The translations under genes were made by a program, and so were the position numbers. A DNA stretch of 63,585 nucleotides, counting the filler, from Octopus bimaculoides (taxonomy: Eukaryota), in the NCBI RefSeq assembly GCF_001194135.2. It is 5 parts of 5 records of this genome, joined end to end, with 100 filler letters (N's around TTAATTAATTAA, not from the genome) between each part and the next. Parts side by side here need not be neighbours in the genome. Positions count along the whole stretch, not along the records: positions 13,215 to 26,533 come from NC_068990.1; 4 more parts are not named here. The stretch is one strand, 5' to 3'. The notes beneath the pieces were generated by a model. It ran no database searches. It saw only the letters and a list, made by a program, of their open reading frames with translations, and had not been told where the DNA came from. Below, piece by piece: positions 13,377 through 26,633 of the stretch (positions within the stretch are counted from its first letter, which is position 1; the number at the start of each line of letters is the position of its first letter).

Positions 13377-14169
13377 ATACATACATACATATATACATAT
13401 GTATATATAGATAAATAGATAGATAGATATATCAAAAGTATTTAGGTCTCTAACAGAACTGAAAAGCCACATCAATGCTGTGTATGTTTAAGAGAATAAT
13501 CAAACAAAAGAATTGCTCAAAAGTGAGTTGTAGCCATCATGCATGTATATGCATCAAAACTCTAGCTGTCTCAGTAATAAGTCATAATTTTTTAAATTAG
13601 ACAAGCAAGACTAGACAGAAAGCAAAAATAACTGCATAAATCACTTTAAATTTGATATTAGGCATGATTATATTTACCACAAACACAGGGGTAGGGACCT
13701 TGTCCAACTAGAAAATCTATTATAATATGGTAACTGTATGATTATAAATACATGTAAACAAAGACTAATACAGAAAGCTATACAACACACACACAAAATT
13801 TATTTTCTATTTCCAAGGGAGTAAACAAAGGCAAATTAGAAACTTAAATGACAATTAGTTGTGAGAAAAAAGGACAAACAACAAGAGAAATTAGGAACAC
13901 GGCAAAAACTATGCTAAAAATTGGGCTACAGAATGCCATATTAAGATTTGTAAGAAAAGCCCTTAGGTGGCCAATATCTGGGGAGGTAAAAAAAGAACGT
14001 AGTATGGAAAGCAACAAAGAAAAATCAGAGCACTCGTTGAGAAGCTGAATAATTCTTGGTTGTAGTACAGAAAAATCAGTCTTCCCACCCAAAAATACCA
14101 AAATAATAATAATCCTTTCTACTAAAAGCATAAAGCCTAAAATGTTTTTGAAGAGGGGAATAGTTGATT

Positions 14170-14545
14170 ATAGCGACTCCAGTGTTTCCCTAGTACATAA
14201 TTTATTGATCCCAAAGGATGAAAGGCAACCTTGGTGGAACTTGAACTCAGTATGAAAAGATAGACAAAATACTGCTAAGCATTTTGCCTGGCATGCTACT
14301 AATTCTGCTAGCTCACCACCTTCATAATAATAGTAGTAAAAATTTTTACTACAGGCACCAGGCCTGAAATTTTGGGAGAGGGGTTCGTAAATTACCAGTA
14401 CTTGACTGGTACTTCTTTCATTGATCCCAAAAGGATGAAAAGCAAAGTCAACCATGGCAAAATTTGAACTCAATGTAAAACCTAAAGAAATGCCATTAAG
14501 CATTTTGTCTGGTGTGGAAACAATTCTGCCAGCTCACCAGCTTAA
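14170..14545 (-). mobile_element. Two tandem Nin/Deu-like tRNA-SINE copies
   Basis: Two copies of GATCCCAAAGGATGAAAGGCAA...GAACTTGAACTC, the reverse complement of the 640 and 19480 SINE core. Confidence 0.7.
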
Positions 14546-14559
14546 TCATAATAATAAAA

Positions 14560-15745
14560 ATGATGATGATGATGATGTAGTTAGAACTCTGCTATAAAAA
14601 AAACCTTCACTATAGATATTAAACAGGTACTTATCTAGTATACAGGACTTGATGCTGAAACTTGTATAAAAACATGAATGCAACAAAAATTCACACTCTG
14701 TTGTCAAGGAAGCATATAAATTTGCAAGGAAACTTGATGAAGAACTTGAAACCATAACCACCAAGCAAGCAAAAAGAATCATACAAACTGCTGAAAAGAA
14801 TGGGCAGAAACAACTTGAGGAACAGCAAAACCAGAAGACCATGGATAGTATATTCTTCAGAACCAAAATTCTGATGCTGACCAAGAAACAAACCATCAGT
14901 GGCTGAGGAGTTAAGAATTGAAAGCAGAGAACTAAAGACAGCATAAAACCAAAGCTTGTTTACCAGAAATTACCAAGCAACTATTTATAGAGATGGTACA
15001 GATCCAAAATACAGATTCTGCAACAAATTTGATGAAACAATAGACTATCTTGTTTCAGGCCACCCTGAGCTACAACCAAATGAAGATAAGAATTGCTATG
15101 ATGTGGTAGGACAATAAAAAATATGTAAGCATTGCCAAATCGATACTCCTGCAAGCTGGCATGAACACCATCTCAAGCCAGTGGCTGAAAGTGAAAATGT
15201 TATTGCCCCTAGGATTTTCCTGACAGAATACTCCAGACTTACTAACCAGACATAATTATTAAAGACAGGAAAAGAAAACAATTGTAAACTCAGAGATATA
15301 AATGTCCCCACTACTAAGAATATATCTATGAAAAAAACTTGACAAGATCAGTAGATAAGAGGATCTGGAAAGAGAAACAAAAGATATGGCATCTTAAAGC
15401 AAAAACCATCCCTGTTATTGTCGGTGCTCTTGGCTATAATAACTAAAAAAAAAGGGGGTGTCAGAAATATCTAGAAAACATCCCAGGTGACCCATCACTC
15501 AAAGAAACCCAAAAGATTGTGTTGACAAGTACTGCATACATCCTTGGAGAAATCTTAACTTGAATTAAATGTGTTGTGTTGTGTTGCATTACATGAATGT
15601 TTTTCTGTAATCCTCCCCCACTTTCTCATCACAAACTTTCAATTATATCTAAACACCTCTTACCCTTCACTTGCCCTAGGGTGCTGGGTATAACCCACCA
15701 AGTGATTATCAAACATATTGACTAAAAGCAAATTATTATTAATAA
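14560..15745 (+). pseudogene. R4/Dong-like LINE 3' part (post-RT region + restriction-like endonuclease)
   Basis: Piecewise translation gives LKAET-like, CCHC-region and IIIKDRKENNCKL.DINVP, PVIVGALG, KIVLTSTAYIL motifs typical of R4-clade REL domains. Ends in AATTATTATTAATAATAAT. Confidence 0.8.
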
Positions 15746-18700
15746 TAATGTTATTTAAATAATTTTATAAGACGACAGAGAAGATACAAGCTACTAGTAG
15801 GCGTAAAAAAACTTTCTTTAAAAAAGAGAACCACACAATCGAATGTCTCGTTATGGTTTCCTTTTTTTCCTACAGTCTTTGTTAAGAATGTAGACAAAAG
15901 GGAAAAAAAATTCATAGATCGAAAACACAATGATGATGTAATATGAGACATAACAAATGATATCTGTATAACAACAGTAAACAACAAACGATAAGAATCA
16001 AGAGAGGAGGAAAAATTGATAATAAAGTCTGAGAACTAATATACTGTCTGAGAGCAACAATACAGCAAGGATGTCAGCTTGACTGAAGATACAACCATGA
16101 AATATTTATGGTTGATTAATGATCTTATATCAAATAAATATGATTTGTAAGTTAAGCTACCTACCATAAAAGAAACTTGTTTAACTTTTTGATAAGATCT
16201 ACACTGAATATATAATGATTATATGTTTCCCTTTTTGGTTGTCTGAAATGATGTTTCTGTTCTTTTACAGGTCTCGTTTATTTGATGAAAGGTAGGAGTG
16301 CAGGCTGGGGCACTGCCTTTAAGAGTTTAGTCAATTACATTCATTCCCAATCTTTACTTTAGACTATTATTTTATTAATCTATTTCTTGAAATGTTATGT
16401 TACATGGCATAAAGGAATGAAAGAAACACAAAACTGGTTTTGACAACTGATGTAAACAACAATAGACATGGACAAAGTTACACAACGGATGTGGTTATAG
16501 AATGAATTGATCCAGTACTTGATTAGTACTTTGTTTTAGTGACTTCAAGAGGATAAAAGGACAAAACTGAACTTGCTGGGATTTAAAATCAGAACATAAG
16601 GACTCACAACCAAATACAGCTTGACAAATCACCTTGCAAAGAATTAACATGTTAACTGTCGCATGTACAACCAGTAGTTCATTGCAAACTTCACACGACT
16701 GCCATATGTACCACCAGTGGTACATTTCCATAATTTGAGAAAATATTTTATTCTGTGTCTTTGACATGGTTTCAAAGATGTTTAAGTAAAATGAGTGCTA
16801 AATATTAAAGCTTAATTATGAAATATAGTAAAAACGTAAAAAAGTTACATTTCCTTGTAATTAAACAGTATGCAGTATCACTGCATGAAATACAGGGTGT
16901 CACCAGTAAGTTCCATTAACAGGCTGTGGTAGTTAACGTGTTAATATACTGCCTAACCCAATGAAAGATATTTATGCAAACTCACTGATGGACTTGCATA
17001 AATATCCTTTTATTCTTTAACTCATCCAAACAAGTTAACAGCATCCATGGTGAGAAACTGCCATCTGTCTGTCTACTACTGTTTGTTTTCTTTTTCATAT
17101 CTATTCCAAACTTTAAAGGTTAACTTTTCTGATGATAAATTTGCCCTCTTACACTTTACCATCTAGTTCAAAAAAATTTCTAACTATTTTGATGACAAAA
17201 TGCCAAACACCACCTTTGGGTCTCTAAGTACAAAGTTTCTCATTTTAAAATATTCATATTTGAATTAAACCCTTCCATCATGATTTTATGTTAGAAACTT
17301 TTGTTAAAATATGTTACAAACACCATCTTAATATTGAAAGAAAGTTATTTTACTAAATCTCTCCAAATTCTCAATTTTAAAAGTTAATTGAAACATATTA
17401 GAAATATGGTCAGACCAATATTTGAATATTAATTCTTTTAGATGTTAATAGACAACAGAAAATACATAATTAAAATAAACAACAGTTTTTATATATGAGA
17501 AACAGAAATATAATAAATAATTGCCATTCATTAGGAACATGACTGTTAAAGGTTAACAAAATATTGTCATATATACAAGAAGGAAAATTAAACTGTGTGG
17601 TATTCAAGCCTTCCTCAAATAGATTAGATATGTAAGTGAATTGAAAGAGCTACAACACGTATGGAAAAAGAGATTGTAGTCTTAGCTGGGATCTTGCATA
17701 TAGACTGGGCTAACTGAAAACTTTCCTTCAATGACAACTGTATATAATCTGAAAGTTATTAAATGACTGTTCCATTGAATTAATGATTGTTACCATTATT
17801 GATGGAAGAAGCCCAGTCAGACTGGATTAAATAGACCATCATAGAAACAACAGCCAAAAGTGAGTATTTGATTTTCATTTAAGATGTATTTAAATTTCTA
17901 AATCTTGGGAGTGAGTGGTTTAGCTGTCACATCAAAAGGTCAAGAGATGAAAGCAAAACTTCATAGAGTGAATTAAATCAGCCATTATCAACAAAAAGTT
18001 CATATTGCTTTGATACAATCAAATATGTCCCAAGATTATCCACATGTCTTACATTTACATTTAGGAAAAGTAATTTCTACTATTGTAATTATGTATAAGT
18101 CTTTTACCAATATAAGCCAATTAACATTGGAAAAGAATGATTGAAAATCACTTATCTACATAGATTACATATATAGAATACTTATTACAAATTTCTTAAG
18201 AGAAAACTTTCATTCAAAGTTATCCAGCTTTGGTCATAAAAGAGTTCAGTCTCTACTATAAAAAAAATAAAGGTTAAAAAAAATTCTAGCATAAAGGGAC
18301 AGTTCAATTTAGTACCAATTTAATATGTATAGAATACTGAATATAAATATGTTTTGCCTGATATGCAGCTAGTTATAGAGCACAAAATAATATTGATTGA
18401 CTGTATCTGTGATGGAAATGGAACAGAAAAGAGGCAGGAAACTATATGATTTGTCAAGGCTATAATTGCATATGATTGTAAAAATTTGCATGAAGTTTTG
18501 GCTGAAATCATGCCAGGCAACATATATAATGAATTGCAAATGAATTACTTGATATGCAAACACAACCAAAAGAAAAAAAAAAAATACCACCATCACCACC
18601 ACCATAAAAAAAAACAAATCTATTTGATAAGACGGCTTGAAAAAGCAATAGACAAAATATTGGAACAGCTGAATGGAAAATAAAGATGAGAATGAATGAA

Positions 18701-19254
18701 TGAATAATAATAATGTGCAACACTACTGTGTAAGAGCTATAATATCTCTCGTAATATTGAATAGAAGATATGAAAGCCTACTTCCGGCTGCTACAATTTC
18801 TCTAAAATGTGACCAAACAATATAGAGGAACTACATGATATATATCTGAACCTGACTCTTTAAAACCGATTCCTGTTATAGCCTGCTTTTTTCCCCAACT
18901 CTTTCATCCTTCAAAACTGCAGCATTATGTTTTATTGGAGAAACTGAGACTGCATCTATATATGACCATGAATATGTGATCAAACTAAGGTATGTTTCTT
19001 TGAAGTAGGTTGGTGTGATAAATATTGACATAATGTGATATTGACCACAGTGAATTTATATGTATGTGTGTATGTGCAAATATACATATATATATATATA
19101 TATATATGTATCTATATATATATATTTATGTAATTTAAATATGCAATTAAAATTTTCTCATAGGCATGTATTTTGATTTTGTTTTAAGAAAAACACATGT
19201 CTAATTTTCTACTGAAATGAAACTAGACGTAAGTATTTATCACCATAAGCAAAC

Positions 19255-19780
19255 TAGTGATAAATAGAATCGTTAGTATACCAGAATAAATGCATAGTGG
19301 CATCAATGTGTTCAGAGTTCAAATACTGCTGAGGTCAACTATACATTTCATCCTTTTGGGGTCACTGGAGTCAGTGTAACTGACAAACTCACTACCCTTA
19401 AAAAATTGCTGGCTTGTGCCAACATTATTGCAGAATTGATAGAATATCAGAAAAAAATTACTTACAATATTTGGTTACACTACGGCAGTGAGCTAGCAGA
19501 AACGGTAGCATGCTGAGTGAAATGCTTAGCGGTATTTTGTCTGTCTTTGCATTCTGAGTTCAAATTCCGCTGAGGTCAACTTTGCCTGTCATCCTTTTGG
19601 GGTCGATAACTTAAGTACTAGTTGTGTACTGGGGGTCAATCTAATCGACTGGCACCTTCCCCAAAAATTTCAGGCTTTGTGTCTTAAGTAAAAAAGAATA
19701 TTTGATTACACTCTTTTGTTTTTCAAGTTCAAATCCAGTTGAGGTCAACTTAATCGTTCATCTTTCCTGGGTGACTCAGT
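19255..19780 (+). mobile_element. Cluster of three Nin/Deu-like tRNA-SINE copies
   Basis: Repeated GAGTTCAAAT..GCTGAGGTCAACT..CATCCTTTTGGGGTC. The best copy is 19480-19700. Confidence 0.75.
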
Positions 19781-20109
19781 GTTTAAACCAATGATCAAAG
19801 CCATTTCAGACATGACCATTCATCCTATTTCTTTTTATTAAAATAAATAATGCACTCTAGACTACCTTCTGAAATGTGTCCATCAAGAGTCTCACCTTAG
19901 TATATTAGTTGTTGTTAGGGGTTCAAGTATTTTCTTGTCTCAAAGAGGAAAAACAGTCTTTGTTTTGCAAATGACATCTTGTGCATTTGACAGCCATGTG
20001 AGATTTCCTGTGATAGAGCATTTTCATCAGGAACACTTTGAAGTATTATACTCAATATTCGGATAAAATATATTATTAAAAAAGAGCTTCAAGATTACTG
20101 TGTAGGTAA

Positions 20110-20400
20110 TATACCAAATTTCACAAGAGGGCTCAAAACATTGCATGCCCTGGGTACAAATCCAAAGAGGAGATTTATGGATGCATTCTGTCCATTTCTA
20201 CTACTGTCACTCAATGCAAGGTAGACTTCACTGGCCATTGCTATCCTGTTAAGTATCAAGCCATATCAGATATTATATTTTGCAGACTTCTGCACCTTAA
20301 TAAAAGGATAAAGACTACACTCAGTTACATTGATATGATTGACAAAGACACCCAACATGAAATTAAGGACTTACGAAGGCTACAGTGAAATGGATTCATG
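20110..20400 (+). pseudogene. Decayed RTE 3' coding fragment
   Basis: Translates to DFTGHCYPVKYQAISDII...LSYIDMIDKDT, resembling the RTE C-terminal FAGHC...YID...DT motif. Confidence 0.5.
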
Positions 20401-20557
20401 TTATGGTTTAGTGAAATGTATCTTACTTGTGGCTGCTTGAAGAAGAAAACACTGGCTGAACATATTTTGAAATCCTTTAAAATGTAAGTATTTGTCAAGA
20501 AGTCTCACAATATTTTATTGAGAGTTGAACAATAAAATTAATGTAATATCAAATATT

Positions 20558-20597
<40 letters not shown>

Positions 20598-21575
20598 TAT
20601 GGAATTTATATTAACTGAGGAAAACTATCATAAAATTATTTATTGAAAATATTAAACTTTTATTAGTTAAAGTGAAAAATTAAAAGCAACTTTTTTTTAT
20701 CCCAGTTTGCTCTCAAACAGATCTATGATCAAAAGTGCTCCTGCTGTGAGTGTCCTGTTTCTTTTTTTAAGAAGGTAGGAAGATTTTTGACTGCTGGTTC
20801 TTGCAGGTAAAGTGGCTATGTAAAGAATCCCTCATTAATTTGACATAAGCATAAAAGTAAACAATTATTTTGGGGTGGTGATGGGGTATTTTCCATTAGA
20901 TCAACCCATTTATGTTATCTGGCATTTATCTTATCAAACCCAGAAGGCTGGAAAATGAAGTAAACACCAGAGGGGTTGAACTGGGAATGTAAAGAACAAT
21001 AAGTAAATACATTATTTACATTTGATGGATATTTGTCCTCTTGGTTGTTATTAACACAACGTTTCAGATGATATACTATCCAGCCTTCATCAAGTGTCTT
21101 GGGGAAAGATACGAAAGATATACAGCCTATATGACATCAGGACAGTATTCAAGAGTAATACAACACTTTGCAAATATTTCCTTCAAGTAAAACCACTAAT
21201 AGAAGAGAATATGACTAAAGACTGTGTGTACTCCATCCCATGCAGTTGTGGTAGGTTATACAAAGGCGAAACATACCGCCCCCTCAAAATAAGGGTAGAC
21301 GAACATTGCAAAGCTGTGACATGAGATATTGATAAATGGGGTATAGCTGATCATGTATGGAAAAATGGAGACCACCTCCCCCTGTGGGATGAAGTTAAAA
21401 TGACAGAGGACACCACTGGAAAATACAAAAACTAAAAGAAGCAGCACATATGCTAGGACACAACAACTTCCTAAGCAGACCGAGTGCAGATATGAACAGC
21501 ATATGGGAACCTGTATTAAGGAAGGATAGGAAAATATTAGACTTATAAGCCCTAAAATTCACTCCATAATTGCTC

Positions 21576-21650
21576 ATGGGCATATGGTGTAGTGGTTAAG
21601 AGCACAGGCTACTAAGCCCAAGATTCTGAGTTCGGTTCCAGGCAGTGACC
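21576..21650 (+). promoter_or_regulatory. tRNA-like Pol III internal promoter (A box and B box) inside the PLE terminal region
   Basis: A box TGGTGTAGTGG at 21585-21595, anticodon-arm-like GGCTACTAAGCC, and B-box-like GTTCGGTTCC at 21630-21639. Confidence 0.65.
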
Positions 21651-21694
21651 TGAATAATCATTACATCGAAAAATACCTTAGAAATGAGAACCAA

Positions 21695-21740
21695 GACACC
21701 TGATGAAGGTTGGATGGCATATCAGCTGAAACGTATTAAC
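21695..21740 (+). ncRNA. Degenerate minimal hammerhead ribozyme
   Basis: GACAC-CTGATGA-A-GGTTG..CAGCT-GAAA-CG-TA. The 3' strand of helix I is partly deleted relative to the 56981 copy. Confidence 0.55.
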
Positions 21741-22796
21741 AACAAACAAGATGAGGACAAATATCCGTCAAATGTAAAAAATGTACATAATTCCTCAACT
21801 CTTAAATATAGAATTGAATAAGTAAATACTACAAGGCATTTTTAAAATTTTCTTCTCCTTTTGCTATTCACTGCCCTTTGATGCTGAGAAAATAATGAAA
21901 ACTAGCAGTAATACCTGGTTTTGCTTGGATCTATAAAAAGTATTAGGAAAAGTCACATAGCCTGTGAGCTTCTAGAAGATATGTATCCTTCTGTATACTT
22001 TTGAAAGCCAAGATACAAATCTCTGGTCTGCAACACAGAACCTACCTTCATGCATACATACTAAGATAAATGGAGTGGATAAGGATTTCAATTTGGTGGA
22101 GCAACTTTCCTAATTTTGGCTCCAAGATAAACAACAGACTTGCTCCTATGAGACACAAAAGGCAGCCCTATCAATGAAACCCAAACCTCTGAATACAGAA
22201 GGAAAAAACCCATCCTGTATCGTACAACAGAGCTATCCAGTCTGTGCCGTAATGGACTAACAGCCATTAAAGCAATCACAATGATCAATGTTGAATTAAT
22301 ATTACGAAAAATAAATGTAATTTCAATTGAATTTACTAAAACAATATCCTTGTTGTTCTTTTTTACAAAACAATTTAACTGTTATCAATTAGAAATTTCC
22401 AAATAAAAAGAAACTAAATTTCATTTAGAGTAAGAAGTTAAAATGCAATTGGATGGGTAGCAAATTGAAATTAAAATATCGAAAGAAAGAAAGAAAGAGA
22501 GGACTGATCTAAGAGTTCTATAAAATAATGATGTTTGCATATGTTTCGATCATACTACATTCACCTATTTTTAAATGGCTCTTTTATTTTTTTTTACTTT
22601 CAACAAGACTATCATCAGTGCTACAACACTTTCCTCCTCCACATTACTTTTTCTTACATAAAATATTTCTGTAGAAAATATTGATTTTAAGTAGAAATGA
22701 CATGCCTGAATGAGCTGACAATAAAGACACAAGTATTCCTATTTTTAAGCAACAGAAAGCAGGCAATTAACAATTCTAACTTGTTTTCACTTTTTC

Positions 22797-22835
<39 letters not shown>

Positions 22836-23463
22836 GCTATTTGTTTTGTTTCTTTCCTTTACACAAAAACATCTTTATTCTATTCATTTAAATTTGCTGT
22901 TTAAAAGTACTGCTATTGATTTCATATTGGAGGAAAACTGTGTATGATTGCGGGTGTCTGTGTGTATGAACGTATGAGCAGGTGTAATAAAGAATAACAA
23001 AATATTCCTGAAGGGCAAGCTGCTTCAAGCTACTGGGACTGCAGTAGACAACACAGTAGTAGAAATAATGTAAAAGATGAATAAAAGATGAGGATGTAAG
23101 AGATAAATAATANNNNNNNNNNNNNNNNNNNNNNNNNNNNNNNNNNNNNNNNNNNNNNNNNNNNNNNNNNNNNNNNNNNNNNNNNNNNNNNNNNNNNNNN
23201 NNNNNNNNNNNNNNNNNNNNNNNNNNNNNNNNNNNNNNNNNNNNNNNNNNNNNNNNNNNNNNNNNNNNNNNNNNNNNNNNNNNNNNNNNNNNNNNNNNNN
23301 NNNNNNNNNNNNNNNNNNNNNNNNNNNNNNNNNNNNNNNNNNNNNNNNNNNNNNNNNNNNNNNNNNNNNNNNNNNNNNNNNNNNNNNNNNNNNNNNNNNN
23401 NNNNNNNNNNNNNNNNNNNNNNNNNNNNNNNNNNNNNNNNNNNNNNNNNNNNNNNNNNNNNNN

Positions 23464-23565
23464 GTGAGTGAGTGAGTGAGTGAGTGAGTGAGTGAGTGAG
23501 TGAGTGAGTGAGTGAGTGAGTGAGTGAGAGTGAGTGAGTGAGTGAGTGAGAGAGAGAGAGAGAGA
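23464..23565 (+). repeat. (GAGT)n/(GA)n microsatellite
   Basis: Directly visible. Other long microsatellites: (TA)n 1-80, (TAT)n 22799-22835, (TG)n 25625-25706, (AAT)n 27460-27525, (ATT)n 36484-36570 and 38455-38524. Confidence 0.98.
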
Positions 23566-24184
23566 ACAAGATTTGGTTTCTACTCTAGTAAGTCAAGCGA
23601 CCACATAAATATGCAAGTTTCTTTGATAGCTCCTCCACTATGGGATTTTTTTATTTTTATCTATTATTGTCTCAAAACTAATATACTCCAATTAGCAATG
23701 ATTAGTAGTTGCTGGAACAAAGTATTTATATTGGTTTTACTCAGTGAGACCACTTATTTAAAAGAATATTTTTGTACCAACTTGTTTCTAAAGATGAAAA
23801 AGAAAAGAATTCCTTAATGTGACACAGAAAAATACCCCCACCATTTTTTTTAATCATAGGGTCTGGTGGAAGGGGCTATGCCCAGGTACTTCATAAGTTA
23901 TCTGGGATTGACTACTGAAAATTGATTAACTTTGGTGATCAGATGAAAACTGGTGCTTATTCATCTGTAAAGCTAACCAGGTGATATGACCATAAGTATT
24001 AGTAGAAATTTGTATGGGGAGGGTATCCGACCATACGAACTATACTGATGAAAACACTGGAGCCCAATGTAATCCTCTGGCACATCAGATCCTGTTAAAC
24101 CATTCAACACATGACAGCATGGAGTATGGACATTAATTGATGATGATGACAGTAAGAAAAGCTGCTGGCTCCTCAGAAGCATTC

Positions 24185-24398
24185 ACTTTAGCATTCAGAT
24201 TACACTGTCAAATGTAATTCTTGTTTATTTGCCTTGTTTTAAATTAATTGTATATCATTTTGTAACTTTGGGATTTCAATGATGTTACTGTTTATTTTTA
24301 GAATGATATTGTTGGGTAGATGAGATCAGGCTGGTTTGAACATAAAACAGGTAGACTATTTTGGCGTGAAAAATATGGCCAAAATAAACACTAAAGGG
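24185..24398 (-). mobile_element. TTAA-type MITE, same family as 985-1170
   Basis: CTTTAGCATTCAGATTAC ... CTAAAGGG|TTAA. The internal sequence is the reverse complement of the 985 copy. Confidence 0.6.
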
Positions 24399-25622
24399 TT
24401 AAAAGCTTATGAAAACGTTGCTTTTTAATTTGTCTAATTAGTCGTAATATAAGGAAATTGTTATTATTATGTTATTAACATCATAGTTGCATTGTAACCA
24501 GCTGCAAACATAAATGAGTTACATCAGAGGCGTGTTAATTATCATCGTCTTTACTTTCTTCAAATAATTTAAGTGGAGTCAATATAAAACTACAGAATGA
24601 AAGAAAATACCATTTGCAGTTTTAGATATTTTACTTGTAATAAAATAACACCAATTGAAATTTTGAACAAAGAGAAAACAATTCTTTTAAGGTATTGATA
24701 AAATTTCAACATGGAAATCACTTCTAGCTGAGTTCACCCTCAGTTATTTAATTCTCAGTTATTTAAACTAGTCATTAAGATAATGGACGTAAGAGTTCAA
24801 AATTGAATATCCTTGAGAATATTTGTATGGGATATTTTCCTTGAAGATTCATAAGATCTGTATAAGCTGTATAATTAATTATGAGCAAAGAAAATTTTCA
24901 TCAGATTTTTCAAGACCAAAAATATATTTACAAAGAAAATCATCAAATTATTGAACAATGATCAAGTATTGATGCTTTACCTGGTAGTAATTAAAACACA
25001 GTACATATAGTAGTAGCATTTTAATTAAAAGAAACCTGAACTATGTTTTTAAAATTTGCTGACATAAAAATGAAAATGATAAAATTATCAGCACAAAAAA
25101 CAAAATTAAACAAAAAACAATTGGAAATGAAGATAAAAGTAAATGTTTATATGCTAGTACCAATATGAGAATTTTACACAGGAAAGAAAAAAAGAAAAAG
25201 AAAACAGAATTATATTTGAACAAAACTACAAAAATAGACATGACATAATTTACCATGTTTCTTCACAGAAAAGGGAGGTCATGACAAGGTCATCTAGTCA
25301 TAAACATCCAAGCAACAACCTCATAAAACATAGGGTGCATGATCAAGACATATATTAAGAGATGTTCTGTTGCAGATCAGTTCATCTCAGCACAATAAAA
25401 ACAGACATCGATGTAAATAAGAGATGTTAAAGAACAATGAAATAGTGTTATAAAACATAGGCCTGGTGGGTTTGGGAAGGAAATGCAGCATAAATTCTGT
25501 ATAATTTAGCATAATCTTAAAGGTGTAGCTAGAAAACAAGCAGCATAGATTTATTTGCCATCAGCCTTCATGGAAACACTGGTCCTATTCAGTTGAGATT
25601 GCAATAATCATTTATAGCTATA

Positions 25623-25711
<89 letters not shown>

Positions 25712-26633
25712 GAAGGGAGAGAGAGAGAATGGAAAAAAAAAAAGAAGAGGAGGTATAGTTTGGCCCCCAAGTCAACCTCTCCTGTCTTTTTAGAGGATAT
25801 GTGGAACTACGTTATCTAATGTATCTTTTCCTGATTTCAAATTTTAGGATGTAACTTGAGGGAAATTTGGCTACTATCTCGAGCAGTTATGAGCAAAAGC
25901 TCCACTTGTACGAGACGGAAACTTGAAATAACTAGTTAGGATTATTGTAAATTCTTGGGTTAAGGTGGTGCCTGGAGCTGTTGATCTTGGTGTATTCCAT
26001 GATAAGACTAGCAAGAATCGACACGTTAATAGTATAGGAAAGTGTAGATGAAGGGAAGAACAAAAATGATTTAATTGTTCAATGGTTTGGGGTGTGGTCT
26101 GGAGGACATAAGGCCATTAATTCTAATGGGTTGAGTAAAGGCTTCTATGGTTTGATTGCAAAGGGCAAAGTTGTTCACCATGCTAAAAGAGGGTATTGCT
26201 AATAAATAAATAAAGGTAATTTGTACTGAGTAAGTCCCAGTAGGGAAGTTGTCCCATGTTAATGAACTTATCAGCTGCAGCTGAGAAGTGGACTGAATTC
26301 TTTGGGTGAATCATCATCATAATTTTATGTCTGTTTTTCATACTGGCATGGTCGGCTGGATCATTATGGTCAGTCACTTCTTACTGGGAGCTACAAGTTT
26401 CATAAACTAGTACTCATACAGGTCATTTCACCTGCAACAGGGGTGGGGGGTGAGCCAGTTCATCTTGCTCTCTTCCCTCCCTTTTTCTATCTCTCTATCT
26501 ATCTATATCATGTACATACCCTGTCTTTCTAGCNNNNNNNNNNNNNNNNNNNNNNNNNNNNNNNNNNNNNNNNNNNNTTAATTAATTAANNNNNNNNNNN
26601 NNNNNNNNNNNNNNNNNNNNNNNNNNNNNNNNN

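Larger units (their letters stand above)
21010..21815 (+). mobile_element. 5'-truncated Penelope-like element: inverted terminal segment, GIY-YIG endonuclease remnant, tRNA-like segment and hammerhead
   Basis: 21094-21530 encodes CVYSIPCSCGRLYKGETYRPLKIRVDEH...GIADHVWK...KLKEAAH (PLE GIY-YIG). 21010-21115 is the reverse complement of 21690-21785. Confidence 0.85.

Noticed and set aside
20412-20483. 72-nt AG...GTAAGT segment resembling an LRR-sized exon
   Set aside because: Weak acceptor, the peptide has no LRR pattern, it abuts an RTE remnant, and it lies upstream of the first coding exon in another block.
21576-21650. Functional tRNA gene
   Set aside because: No proper acceptor stem or poly-T terminator, and the sequence recurs as part of a repeat. 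The same applies to the SINE heads at 1506 and 62290-62436.
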